From: a phage
Assembly: GCA_011816565.1 (NCBI GenBank)
Contig: GCA_011816565.1_3614.1
Reading direction: 5' to 3' (one strand)
DNA length: 64,000 nt
The translations under genes and the position numbers were made by a program. This document shows, in pieces, positions 47,087-54,687 of the stretch (its first letter is position 1; the number at the start of each line of letters is the position of its first letter). The notes below the pieces were generated by a model. The model did no database searches. It was not told the origin of the DNA and saw nothing but the letters and a program-made list of their open reading frames with translations.

Positions 47087-47681
47087 GAGGTGCATCAAGT
47101 GCGGAGAGGTGAAAAACCTCTCCGAGTTCTACAAACACCCAAAGATGTCTGACGGTCATCTTAATAAGTGCAAAGAGTGTTGTAAGAAGGCCAGTAGGGA
47201 GGCTGACCAGTTTTCCCACGACTCTTCAGAAAAAGGTGTAATACGCGTGTTGTACAAGGCTCAAAAGTGCAACAGCAAGCAAAGAGGTCACCCTCCTCCG
47301 ACTTACACCAAAAAAGAGTTTAAGGAGTGGCTATACCTGAACGGTTACAAAGAGTTGTATGACCAGTGGGTAGCCAGCGGATACGACAAAAGGAAAAAGC
47401 CCTCTTGTGACAGGATAGATGATTTCAAAGGGTACTCTTTTGATAATATCCGTTTAACGACCTGGGGAGAAAATAAAGACAAGCAGACGGAGGATATTCT
47501 GTTGCATAGAAGCACCAGCGGTAGACGGTGTAAAAATGTAAGGAGGTTGGACATGAATGGCAACGTTCTTAAAGAATGGGTATCCCACAATTCTTGTAGA
47601 AGAGAAACCGGAATATGTGTTGATTACTACATTCATGAAAAAATTCCAGCTCCCGATGGATACCTCTATGAATACTTTTAG
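47058..47681 (+). CDS. zinc-ribbon / HNH-like endonuclease (possible homing endonuclease)
   Basis: Start at in-frame ATG (track ORF from 46971). N-terminal Cys pairs (CKRCIKCGE...KCKECC); HNH_3-like core with Arg in place of His ([24 protein letters not shown]). Confidence 0.4.
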   Translation: MAKVESTHCKRCIKCGEVKNLSEFYKHPKMSDGHLNKCKECCKKASREADQFSHDSSEKGVIRVLYKAQKCNSKQRGHPPPTYTKKEFKEWLYLNGYKELYDQWVASGYDKRKKPSCDRIDDFKGYSFDNIRLTTWGENKDKQTEDILLHRSTSGRRCKNVRRLDMNGNVLKEWVSHNSCRRETGICVDYYIHEKIPAPDGYLYEYF

Positions 47682-47696
47682 CACCTAACTGACATA

Positions 47697-47726
47697 GCCC
47701 TGCCCGAAAGGGTGGGGCATTTTTGT
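47697..47726 (+). terminator. rho-independent terminator
   Basis: Same hairpin as 36159 (GCCCTGCCC-GAAA-GGGTGGGGC) followed by ATTTTTG. Confidence 0.55.
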
Positions 47727-47743
47727 ATAAGGAGATCTGAAAA

Positions 47744-48160
47744 ATGACATTAGAAGATATCATTGTTAAACCTGAGAACTATGACCAATACAACCTGTCA
47801 ACTCAATCTGTAGACCTTGGATGCGCCACGGTCAGTGCGTGGCTGGTTAACGGAAAAGAGCTGGACAAGTGCTTAGAAGCTCACATGTCTATTAACAAGT
47901 TTCTGGATGAAAATACTCACTGGCTTGAGGGTGCAGGAGTATATGCTTCATGGTTGGAGAGTATGGGATTCGACTACCAATCTGAAGAAGGGTGGTGGAG
48001 CTATTTAGCTATCTGTCCAGAGACGCTACAATGCTTCATGAAATACTCTGAAGATTTAGAGTACCGGGCGGTGGTTGATAGTGCTATTGCCCGTTATAGC
48101 CGTAAACCTTTTTCCCACGACATTAAAACTGTGGAAGAGTTTGTTGAAGTTTTCTGTTGA
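47744..48160 (+). CDS. hypothetical protein
   Basis: 138 aa with RBS (AAGGAGA). Confidence 0.5.
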   Translation: MTLEDIIVKPENYDQYNLSTQSVDLGCATVSAWLVNGKELDKCLEAHMSINKFLDENTHWLEGAGVYASWLESMGFDYQSEEGWWSYLAICPETLQCFMKYSEDLEYRAVVDSAIARYSRKPFSHDIKTVEEFVEVFC

Positions 48161-48256
48161 CACAGGTTGAAAGGTGTGCAATTATAACTTCATATGACTG
48201 GAGGACGTGATGAACGAAGAAAACTGGGATGTATAACTAACAGGAGGCCACTGCCC

Positions 48257-48454
48257 ATGATTTATCGAATCCGTGTAAGAGAAGATGCACCAGGCTGTTA
48301 CTTTGACTGGCGTGGGTGGTGGTTTCTCCACCCAATGGATGGACTCACAGATAGAATGCTGGATGCTGCCCTTTATACAGATACCGACATAGAGTATAAT
48401 CTCTATCTGAAGGACGGTATAGATAACGGCCTGTTTGAAGCAATTCCTGTGTAA
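48257..48454 (+). CDS. hypothetical small protein
   Basis: Start at ATG after AGGAGG (track ORF from 48194). Confidence 0.4.
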   Translation: MIYRIRVREDAPGCYFDWRGWWFLHPMDGLTDRMLDAALYTDTDIEYNLYLKDGIDNGLFEAIPV

Positions 48455-48522
48455 GAGACTGTGATAGCCATGTTTTATGATCTTCCTGTAGCACCACCAC
48501 CTGTTGAACCCGGAGAACTAAG

Positions 48523-48948
48523 ATGATCTATGAAATGCCAAAACTGATTCGTGACGATGCCCAAAACGCTCACACCATTATTATGGGCAAACGCATGGAT
48601 ATTATTTGTCATAAAGATTTCTGGGAAGGAAGTTACTTCACAGAGTATTTTGGTAAACTGGACAATGGTCTGCTGATCCAGTTCTACACCGATGCGGAAA
48701 ACAACATTCACTGGGAGTTCGAAACTGAAGATATCCATAAACTTTTCACCTTCCTCGGTATTAAGGTTGAGGCCAAGTTTGAAGAAGGTGAGTGCGACGA
48801 TTGTGGATTCTATGAGGTAACAGATTTCTATCTTCCAAGTGGTGAGAACCTTTACTATGAAAGCCACTTCGGCAACTCCAATATGCCACAGTGCTGGACT
48901 GAGTTTTTTGAAATTGCGGAAGAGGAGCTGGCATACCGTGATTATTGA
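48523..48948 (+). CDS. hypothetical protein (upstream partner of macro-domain gene)
   Basis: 141 aa; stop overlaps the GTG start of the macro-domain ORF. Confidence 0.5.
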   Translation: MIYEMPKLIRDDAQNAHTIIMGKRMDIICHKDFWEGSYFTEYFGKLDNGLLIQFYTDAENNIHWEFETEDIHKLFTFLGIKVEAKFEEGECDDCGFYEVTDFYLPSGENLYYESHFGNSNMPQCWTEFFEIAEEELAYRDY

Positions 48949-49396
48949 TACTGTAGGTGGAGATCTAATCTCCATTTTCAAGAAAGGGTCGGGCCACATG
49001 ATCCACGGTTGTAACTGCTTTCACACAATGGGTGCAGGCATAGCGAAAGACATTGCCCGTGAGTTCCCTCAAGCACTGGCAGCCGACAAAGAGACTGCTT
49101 ATGGTAATCTAGACAAGCTGGGTATGTTTTCTTGTTGGGAGCATTTTGCCAAGAACAGGGTCGTATATGGAATCAACCTGTATACCCAGTTCTACCCAGG
49201 GCCAAATGCTGAATACTTCTCAATCATGAAAGGTTTTGAGCGAGTCAACGAGGTATTCAAAGGTGTGTCATTGCCGTTCTACATTCCTAAAATCGGATGC
49301 GGTATTGGCGGTCTAAAGTGGGAACATGTAGAAGATGTAATTAATCTTGCAACCACAGATATTGATGTGGTTGTAGTAGAGTACAAAAAGTGTTGA
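48938..49396 (+). CDS. TARG1/OARD1-like macro-domain protein
   Basis: GTG start overlapping upstream stop. Signature segments (GDLISIF...HGCNCFHTMGAGIAKDI and PKIGCGIGGLKWEHV) match the TARG1-type macro domain pattern (...C..MGAGIA... and P.IGCGL..L.WE.V). Confidence 0.55.
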   Translation: MIIDTVGGDLISIFKKGSGHMIHGCNCFHTMGAGIAKDIAREFPQALAADKETAYGNLDKLGMFSCWEHFAKNRVVYGINLYTQFYPGPNAEYFSIMKGFERVNEVFKGVSLPFYIPKIGCGIGGLKWEHVEDVINLATTDIDVVVVEYKKC

Positions 49397-49421
49397 CGAC
49401 CATCTTCTGAGGGGATATAGT
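49393..49421 (+). promoter_or_regulatory. sigma70-like promoter (TTGACG-N17-TATAGT)
   Basis: Located after the macro-domain gene, upstream of small ORFs. Confidence 0.4.
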
Positions 49422-49450
49422 CTCCACAACAACTAAGAGAGGAGAGCACT

Positions 49451-49621
49451 GTGGAGACTAAAATCTTAATTCTTGCTGTGGTAGATACAACCGAAGGAGC
49501 TATATTCGAATCTGCAGGAGGGTATTTCTACCTACCATACGGAAAAAGAACTTCCGAGCCAAGTAAAGATTCAATCCTCAAAGTGTTCCCGTGTGTTTTC
49601 TGGCTGGAGATTTTGGTATAA
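49451..49621 (+). CDS. hypothetical small protein (56 aa, GTG start; not in ORF track)
   Basis: RBS GAGAGGAGAG then GTG; below the ORF-track cutoff. Confidence 0.25.
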   Translation: METKILILAVVDTTEGAIFESAGGYFYLPYGKRTSEPSKDSILKVFPCVFWLEILV

Positions 49622-49647
49622 GATTGCAGAGGATTTGTGAGAGAATT

Positions 49648-49842
49648 ATGAGAAACAAGAAAGAGCTTTACTCTGGTGAGTGGATCAACGATCAACAGGT
49701 GGGAGAGGTAACCTGCTTCCGATGTTTTACCAGGTACAATCTTAAAACTGCACCAAAAAGTGTTCCAAAGACTGATGGTTATTACATAAAAGAGCCTTAT
49801 TGCCCAAAATGTAAATGCCGATTATACTGGAGTAACCTGTAA
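49648..49842 (+). CDS. small zinc-ribbon protein
   Basis: Start at ATG (track ORF from 49591); CxxC...CxxC (CFRC...CPKCKC). Confidence 0.4.
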   Translation: MRNKKELYSGEWINDQQVGEVTCFRCFTRYNLKTAPKSVPKTDGYYIKEPYCPKCKCRLYWSNL

Positions 49843-49846
49843 AAGA

Positions 49847-49874
49847 TTGACATCTGAAAACTTCAGTGTATAAT
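49847..49874 (+). promoter_or_regulatory. sigma70-like promoter (TTGACA-N16-TATAAT)
   Basis: Consensus hexamers upstream of 49906. Confidence 0.5.
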
Positions 49875-49905
49875 ATATGCATAAACTAACAGAGAGTGAT
49901 GTATT

Positions 49906-50097
49906 ATGGTAATTTTTAACCGGGATGGTATCATAGTTAGACAGCACCCGTTCCTTGAATACTATCAAATTGAGCAATGGTGCTACGGGGATTGCAGTCA
50001 CTCCTATGGGCAAAGTTGGGGATATCGCACAGTTTTTGAATCAACAGACCTTGACAAAGTAAGACAGAAAGTTTTAGAACTTATTAACAACAAGTGA
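49906..50097 (+). CDS. hypothetical small protein
   Basis: 63-aa ORF downstream of promoter. Confidence 0.4.
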   Translation: MVIFNRDGIIVRQHPFLEYYQIEQWCYGDCSHSYGQSWGYRTVFESTDLDKVRQKVLELINNK

Positions 50098-50106
50098 GTA
50101 TGATAT

Positions 50107-50439
50107 ATGGTAACATTAGAAAGACGTAAAGCTATCGCCGCCACACTGGCAGACATCTTTTGGGATTGCAACTTAAAAGATACTCGAAATTGTGGCGCAT
50201 CTGTAGATGTATTATTCCCACGGCCCACCATTGTTGCAATGGGAAACCTGTTAAACGTAGTGTACGGAGCATGGGACAAAGAAGGTGGATTCTATATCTG
50301 GCAACCTGACTACGGAGCCTGGAAAGAGGTAAGGGGTGCGGATTACTTTGGGCCTACAGTTGCTAAGATGGATGGCTGGGAAATTTATGTTGGAAACGAC
50401 ATGAAGCTGAAAGGCGAGATTGTTTACTGGTTACCTTAA
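50107..50439 (+). CDS. hypothetical protein
   Basis: 110-aa ORF. Confidence 0.45.
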   Translation: MVTLERRKAIAATLADIFWDCNLKDTRNCGASVDVLFPRPTIVAMGNLLNVVYGAWDKEGGFYIWQPDYGAWKEVRGADYFGPTVAKMDGWEIYVGNDMKLKGEIVYWLP

Positions 50440-50459
50440 GAAAGCGCAGGAGATAAAGT

Positions 50460-50705
50460 ATGAGCAAAGGGTGGACATTTGTAGACGGCGTTAAAAACAT
50501 GCCTCTTGGAAAGTATATCGTAGCCATGGCTGATGAGGATGGCAATGTAGATTTCGGAGCTTGCGAGGTTGTTCTTGCAGGATCTGGTAACTATGTGGAC
50601 AAAACCGGGATAATTAACGGTCAGTTCTACTTTGATCACAACCCTGTTGTAGCGTATATGGCTATGCCAGAGTTCAAGTTCCCAAAGGAGGGTGCAGATG
50701 TTTAA
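50460..50705 (+). CDS. hypothetical small protein
   Basis: 81 aa with RBS (GGAGA). Confidence 0.45.
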   Translation: MSKGWTFVDGVKNMPLGKYIVAMADEDGNVDFGACEVVLAGSGNYVDKTGIINGQFYFDHNPVVAYMAMPEFKFPKEGADV

Positions 50706-50895
50706 GCTTAAATCTGCATGGAACATCGCTGTGGGGGACGAGATCCGTATCCCAGGTGGAAAGACCATTATGAAGATATCTCGTATTGAGTACGAAGGTG
50801 ACCGTGTATTCCACATCTTCGCAGAAGGTGGTCGAGAAATTTATATACAGGCAGGTTCTCACATCTATATCCGTAAGAAAGGGGACGACAAATGA
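50692..50895 (+). CDS. hypothetical small protein
   Basis: 67 aa; overlaps neighbours. Confidence 0.4.
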   Translation: MQMFKLKSAWNIAVGDEIRIPGGKTIMKISRIEYEGDRVFHIFAEGGREIYIQAGSHIYIRKKGDDK

Positions 50896-51224
50896 CAGAG
50901 ATCATCGTTTCAACTGCAGGGTATGTATTCCTGACAATCATTGCGCTGGCTATTCTGGTGGCGGTGTATGGATTTGTTATCCTGCCTATTCTTGAGACAT
51001 TTAGTTTGTGTCGGTGTTGGAGAAAAGCTTACGGACCACAACCGTGGAAAGACTGGTTCCATTTGGTGCGTATAGCGTTCTCTTATGCCTATGACCACTC
51101 TAGCAGTGCATGCGTAACCGGGTACCATGCCTACAACTGGAACTGGGAAGGGCTGGGGAGATGGACTGTTACAAAAACTATACCCTTACGGTTGTACAAA
51201 GGAAAGAACACACTGGGAGCCTGA
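50892..51224 (+). CDS. predicted membrane protein
   Basis: 110 aa with N-terminal hydrophobic segments (YVFLTIIALAILVAVYGFVILPIL). Confidence 0.45.
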   Translation: MTEIIVSTAGYVFLTIIALAILVAVYGFVILPILETFSLCRCWRKAYGPQPWKDWFHLVRIAFSYAYDHSSSACVTGYHAYNWNWEGLGRWTVTKTIPLRLYKGKNTLGA

Positions 51225-51253
51225 TATTTTAAGTTATCAGGTTGCCAGAGATC

Positions 51254-51712
51254 AGGAGGATTTCTAAAATGGATTTCCTCCTTTTGATATTTTACCTGCC
51301 AGGATATTTTAAAATCCTTAGAAAATCAGAAAATGGATCGAAAACTAAAATGGATTTTTCAGAGTAGGCGCGACAAGCTGAATCACTCATCCTACCGTTT
51401 GCACCATATTCCAGACCACCATTATAGATTTCCCGCACATGCTTACATCTCGCTACTAGAACTTCCTCCACTTACCCTTGACCTTTTATAGCAATAATCC
51501 AACCACTATCTTGAAGTTGCGGTGCAGCTTTCCAGGTACTCGATCTGTTTTTCGTTTCAAAGATTGAATTTTCTGAAAATTTTTCTCGATAAATTTCTCA
51601 GTACTCGATCTGTTTTTCGTTTTCTGAATCGGATTTTCTGGAAATCGCTCCGGCTCTTGGCCTAAAATTTTTGGGGACGAAATCGATTTTTCGTTTTCAG
51701 AAATGGATTTTT
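51254..51712. repeat. AT-rich iteron-like direct repeat region
   Basis: Three copies of (GTAC)TCGAT(CTG)TTTTTCGTTTTC at about 51536, 51601 and 51681, each with TTTTCTG(A/G)AAAT; at least four copies of (C/A)AAAATGGAT; hairpin AGGAGGA...TCCTCCT at 51254-51282. Confidence 0.55.
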
Positions 51713-51830
51713 AAAATTTCTATACGGGAATATTTTATGGGATACTGTTTTATAGGAAATTGTTACGGAGGGTAATTAGCGTGCTAATTAAATTTATTAA
51801 ATGCGAGGAGTTCTCATTTAGAATTTTGAA

Positions 51831-52034
51831 TGATAATCATTCTCGTTTGCAGAATAACGGGCAGGCCCGGTGATTGTCTCCCGGCCCCTACTGCCCCGGC
51901 TTGTTATTATAGTAACACACAGGACAAAGAAAGCAAGAAGTTTTTGCATAAATTTTTAGACGATAATGATAATCGTTCTCATTTCATGCAGCGCCCATCC
52001 CCGGTGGTTGTCTCCCCCGTCACCGGTGCCTGCC
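51831..52034. repeat. GC-rich structured repeat (two tandem units)
   Basis: Units at about 51831-51890 and 51967-52020 share TGATAATC(A/G)TTCTC...CCGGTG(A/G)TTGTCTCCC; 5' GGCAGGCCCGGTG and 3' CACCGGTGCCTGCC are complementary. A shorter inverted copy lies at 60983-61025. Confidence 0.5.
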
Positions 52035-52058
52035 GTCCTTTCGATAGGTATATTTTGC

Positions 52059-52198
52059 CACCTGGCGGGGCCGCTGTCAACACTTTTCAAAAAAAAATTC
52101 TAACCTGATGCGCTGACCGCTGCAACCTGGCGGGGCCAGCCTGGCAGGGCCTAACTGACCAGGTAGGAGAGAATGAAGGCTTGCAAACCTGGTGGGCC
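52059..52198. repeat. direct repeats of ACCTGGCGGGGCC
   Basis: CACCTGGCGGGGCC (52059), CAACCTGGCGGGGCC (52123), AACCTGGTGGGCC (52186); a fourth variant lies inside the next small ORF. Confidence 0.45.
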
Positions 52199-52239
52199 TA
52201 TGCTATAGGATAGGTAACAATTGAAGAGGAGGTACAAAA

Positions 52240-52416
52240 ATGGAAGGTAATATGATCCCCCTGGAAAATGTAGCTATTAATGACGCTGAGGCTATCGCCC
52301 TGGTTGAAAAGGCTATGGCGGGAGCGTTGGAACATAAAGAAGAGTACGAAAAAATGATGGTTAACCTGGCAGGGGCGGCGGCTGGAGAATTCCGCCCAAA
52401 AAATAATTTTAACTAA
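52240..52416 (+). CDS. hypothetical small protein (58 aa; not in ORF track)
   Basis: ATG 7 nt after GAAGAGGAGG; stop overlaps the next track ORF start. Confidence 0.35.
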   Translation: MEGNMIPLENVAINDAEAIALVEKAMAGALEHKEEYEKMMVNLAGAAAGEFRPKNNFN

Positions 52417-52502
52417 TGGTTGACAGCTCGGACAGTTCTTGTTATTCTTATCCTCGCAAGGTGAACAACACCACACTAATTAACAGAGAGGATAAAAAAA
52501 TC

Positions 52503-52700
52503 ATGAACGCCTACGGAATCAAAGTACGTCGCAACGCTCGCCAGGTGGTCACCGATCAAATGGTTTGCCAGGTGGACGTAACCATCAACAACGGGCAAGG
52601 CCTTTATAAATTCCGTCGCGGTCAGAGCTATACCCGGCACCAACTTAATCGTTGCGCCCTGACAAAAGGTCAGATCAATCACTGGTTTAATAAAAAATAA
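52503..52700 (+). CDS. hypothetical small basic protein
   Basis: Start at ATG after GAGAGGATAAAAAAATC; the track ORF start at 52416 lies in a TTGACA-N17-TATTCT promoter-like sequence. Confidence 0.4.
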   Translation: MNAYGIKVRRNARQVVTDQMVCQVDVTINNGQGLYKFRRGQSYTRHQLNRCALTKGQINHWFNKK

Positions 52701-52703
52701 GTA

Positions 52704-52732
52704 TTGACATATAGTCCGACACCAAATACACT
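52704..52732 (+). promoter_or_regulatory. sigma70-like promoter (TTGACA-N17-TACACT)
   Basis: Upstream of 52765. Confidence 0.45.
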
Positions 52733-52764
52733 AAAAGCACAAAAGACACTAAGAGGATAAAATC

Positions 52765-53163
52765 ATGAAAACCACTACCTTTAATTTTGATAATGCAGAC
52801 TTTTCTTTTTCTGATGTCAAGAACTGCCGCCGTGATCGTGGATTTTACAAGGCTTATAATCTGGTGGGCCTGGACGATGACAATAATTTGCACGAAGTAG
52901 CTGAGATCCGGTATTATGCCGCCGCCAGCGGGAACACTTACTACTGCGTTTTTTGGATACACGACAACAAGAACAATAAGTACGGCTATACTGGCGGCAA
53001 GGCGAGCGGTCACGGTTATGATAAAGCTAACGCAGCACTTGAGAGCGCATTAAATGCTATGGGGATCACTGCCAACGGCTGGATCTACGAAGAAGAGTTT
53101 TTGTCAGCACTTGCTGACCACCTAGGCTATAAAAAGCACATTGTAACATGTGCCCACGAATAA
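52765..53163 (+). CDS. hypothetical protein
   Basis: 132 aa with RBS (AAGAGGATAAAATC). Confidence 0.5.
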   Translation: MKTTTFNFDNADFSFSDVKNCRRDRGFYKAYNLVGLDDDNNLHEVAEIRYYAAASGNTYYCVFWIHDNKNNKYGYTGGKASGHGYDKANAALESALNAMGITANGWIYEEEFLSALADHLGYKKHIVTCAHE

Positions 53164-53212
53164 AAAAAAAATTATTGACACGCTGCAAAATTCAAGTAAA
53201 CTAGACACAAAA

Positions 53213-53231
53213 GGCGGGAATGTTTCCCGCC
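53213..53231 (+). other. 5' leader hairpin GGCGGGAA-TGTT-TCCCGCC
   Basis: GC-rich inverted repeat between promoter and RBS of 53251; near-identical hairpin at 55764 and related ones at 53897 and 56479. Confidence 0.5.
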
Positions 53232-53250
53232 AGCACAAAGGAAAAAGATC

Positions 53251-53655
53251 ATGAATAAGAACGTACGCCGCATCATGAACGAGTTGGCAAACGATGAAAA
53301 AATTATTGACATGCATTTGATCAACATTTGCCGCCGTTGTGTAACATATAACAACCGCGCCGCAAAAGCGCGTGAGATGAACGCAAAAGGCACCTTAAAG
53401 CCATTCCAGGTGGTGGTAAAGGCCATTAAAGATGTAACTAATACGGCAAACCAGGTACAGGGGAACACCAACGAGAGTACCAATATTGATCCGGCTTACA
53501 TCATGAAACGGATCCGGACCTGCAAGAACAAAGAGCAAGTGTATAATATCATAGACTGGTTGGATTCTATGGGCGATGTGGTTTACAATAGGTTTTCTGC
53601 AGCTATCGAGATCCAGCTTGACAGGTTGGACGGTAAAGTACTGAAAACTTACTAA
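53251..53655 (+). CDS. hypothetical protein
   Basis: 134 aa with leader hairpin and RBS. Confidence 0.5.
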   Translation: MNKNVRRIMNELANDEKIIDMHLINICRRCVTYNNRAAKAREMNAKGTLKPFQVVVKAIKDVTNTANQVQGNTNESTNIDPAYIMKRIRTCKNKEQVYNIIDWLDSMGDVVYNRFSAAIEIQLDRLDGKVLKTY

Positions 53656-53703
53656 GTTTATTTTTAGATGGCCTTGACTTCAGGGCCATCAATAAAGTAA
53701 ACT
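53656..53703. repeat. 48-bp intergenic hairpin repeat, copy 1
   Basis: GTTTATTTTTAGATGGCCTTGACTTCAGGGCCATCAATAAAGTAAACT; stem GATGGCC/GGCCATC with TTGAC in the loop. Confidence 0.55.
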
Positions 53704-53856
53704 AATCTCAACTAAGCGAAAAAATGGGGCTTTAAGATGAGCACTACACGCCAATACACAAAGGTAACTATTATCGTTTGCGTTGTCGGTTACATCCTGG
53801 CGCAAATGTTAATGAGTAGCGCTAACAGTTTTGCAAAATTTTTCTTAAATTTTTAA

Positions 53857-53884
53857 TTGACAAACTAACTTAGATCGATATACT
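53857..53884 (+). promoter_or_regulatory. sigma70-like promoter (TTGACA-N16-TATACT)
   Basis: Upstream of 53936, followed by leader hairpin GGGAA-AAC-TTCCC. Confidence 0.45.
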
Positions 53885-53935
53885 TAAACACGTAAACGGG
53901 AAAACTTCCCAGAGCACACAAAAGGAGAAAACACC

Positions 53936-54277
53936 ATGACTACTATGACCGCCGCAGAAAAAGCTATGCAGATCGCCGCGCTGAAAAAACAGATCGCAGA
54001 CCTTGAGAACAAGATCGATAACTTTGAAATCGACGAGGACAAGTACGACGAAAACTATGATGAATGGTTAGACGAGATCTACGGCGAAATTATGATCGGA
54101 AACATTTCTTTTCTTCCGTCGCGTATCCTCAAGGAGCTAGATCCTATCGCTTACCGCTGCGGATTTAGCGACTACATCGACAGCCTGGATATTGAGGAAG
54201 ATGAAGAATACCAGGAACTACAGACAGAGTTAGAAGAAGCAAAAGAAGAGCTTGCGGAGCTGGAAGAAAACGAGTAA
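53936..54277 (+). CDS. highly acidic small protein
   Basis: 113 aa, very rich in D/E (DNFEIDEDKYDENYDEWLDEIYGE...LDIEEDEEYQELQTELEEAKEELAELEENE), coiled-coil-like N-terminus. Confidence 0.5.
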   Translation: MTTMTAAEKAMQIAALKKQIADLENKIDNFEIDEDKYDENYDEWLDEIYGEIMIGNISFLPSRILKELDPIAYRCGFSDYIDSLDIEEDEEYQELQTELEEAKEELAELEENE

Positions 54278-54278
54278 G

Positions 54279-54325
54279 ATTATTTTTAGATGGCCTTGAC
54301 TCCAGGGCCATCAATAAAGTAAACT
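54279..54325. repeat. 48-bp intergenic hairpin repeat, copy 2
   Basis: TTATTTTTAGATGGCCTTGACTCCAGGGCCATCAATAAAGTAAACT directly after the stop at 54277. Confidence 0.55.
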
Positions 54326-54366
54326 TTATACTGTTAACACTGAACTAATTCAGAGGAGTTAAAACC

Positions 54367-54612
54367 ATGGCAGCACTAATCACCAAATATTATGCCCCTA
54401 CCAACACCAAAAGCGCCCGTATCATGGTAAAAGGTTTCGGACGTAAAAAGGTTTACACCTGGGATTATGCCTTAGACACGGAAGACAACTACACCAACGC
54501 AATGACCGATTTTATTAATGATCTGAACACGCGGATCTTGACAAATTATAAAATTACCGATATTGCCTATATAGGGGAAGGCGGGATCTGTTTTGTCGGT
54601 ATCGTCAAATAA
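54367..54612 (+). CDS. hypothetical small protein
   Basis: 81 aa with RBS (GGAG); followed by a degenerate copy of the hairpin repeat (54613-54660). Confidence 0.45.
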   Translation: MAALITKYYAPTNTKSARIMVKGFGRKKVYTWDYALDTEDNYTNAMTDFINDLNTRILTNYKITDIAYIGEGGICFVGIVK

Positions 54613-54687
54613 GCTGTTTTTTCGGTGGTCCTGGTAGCAGGGCCATCTATAAAGATAGTTTATCAACACAATGAAAGGAGAAAGTAC

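Noticed and set aside
51536-51712. Possible CRISPR-like array from the spaced direct repeats
   Set aside because: Repeats are degenerate, AT-rich and only three; the intervening sequences resemble each other (not unique spacers); no cas genes. Interpreted as iterons.
51830-52108. 92-aa plus-strand ORF
   Set aside because: Spans the GC-rich tandem repeat units, has no RBS and a low-complexity product; more likely a structured non-coding element.
53656-53703. The 48-bp hairpin repeat as a rho-independent terminator
   Set aside because: The T-run lies 5' of the hairpin on the plus strand and the 3' flank is A-rich; neither orientation gives hairpin followed by U-run.
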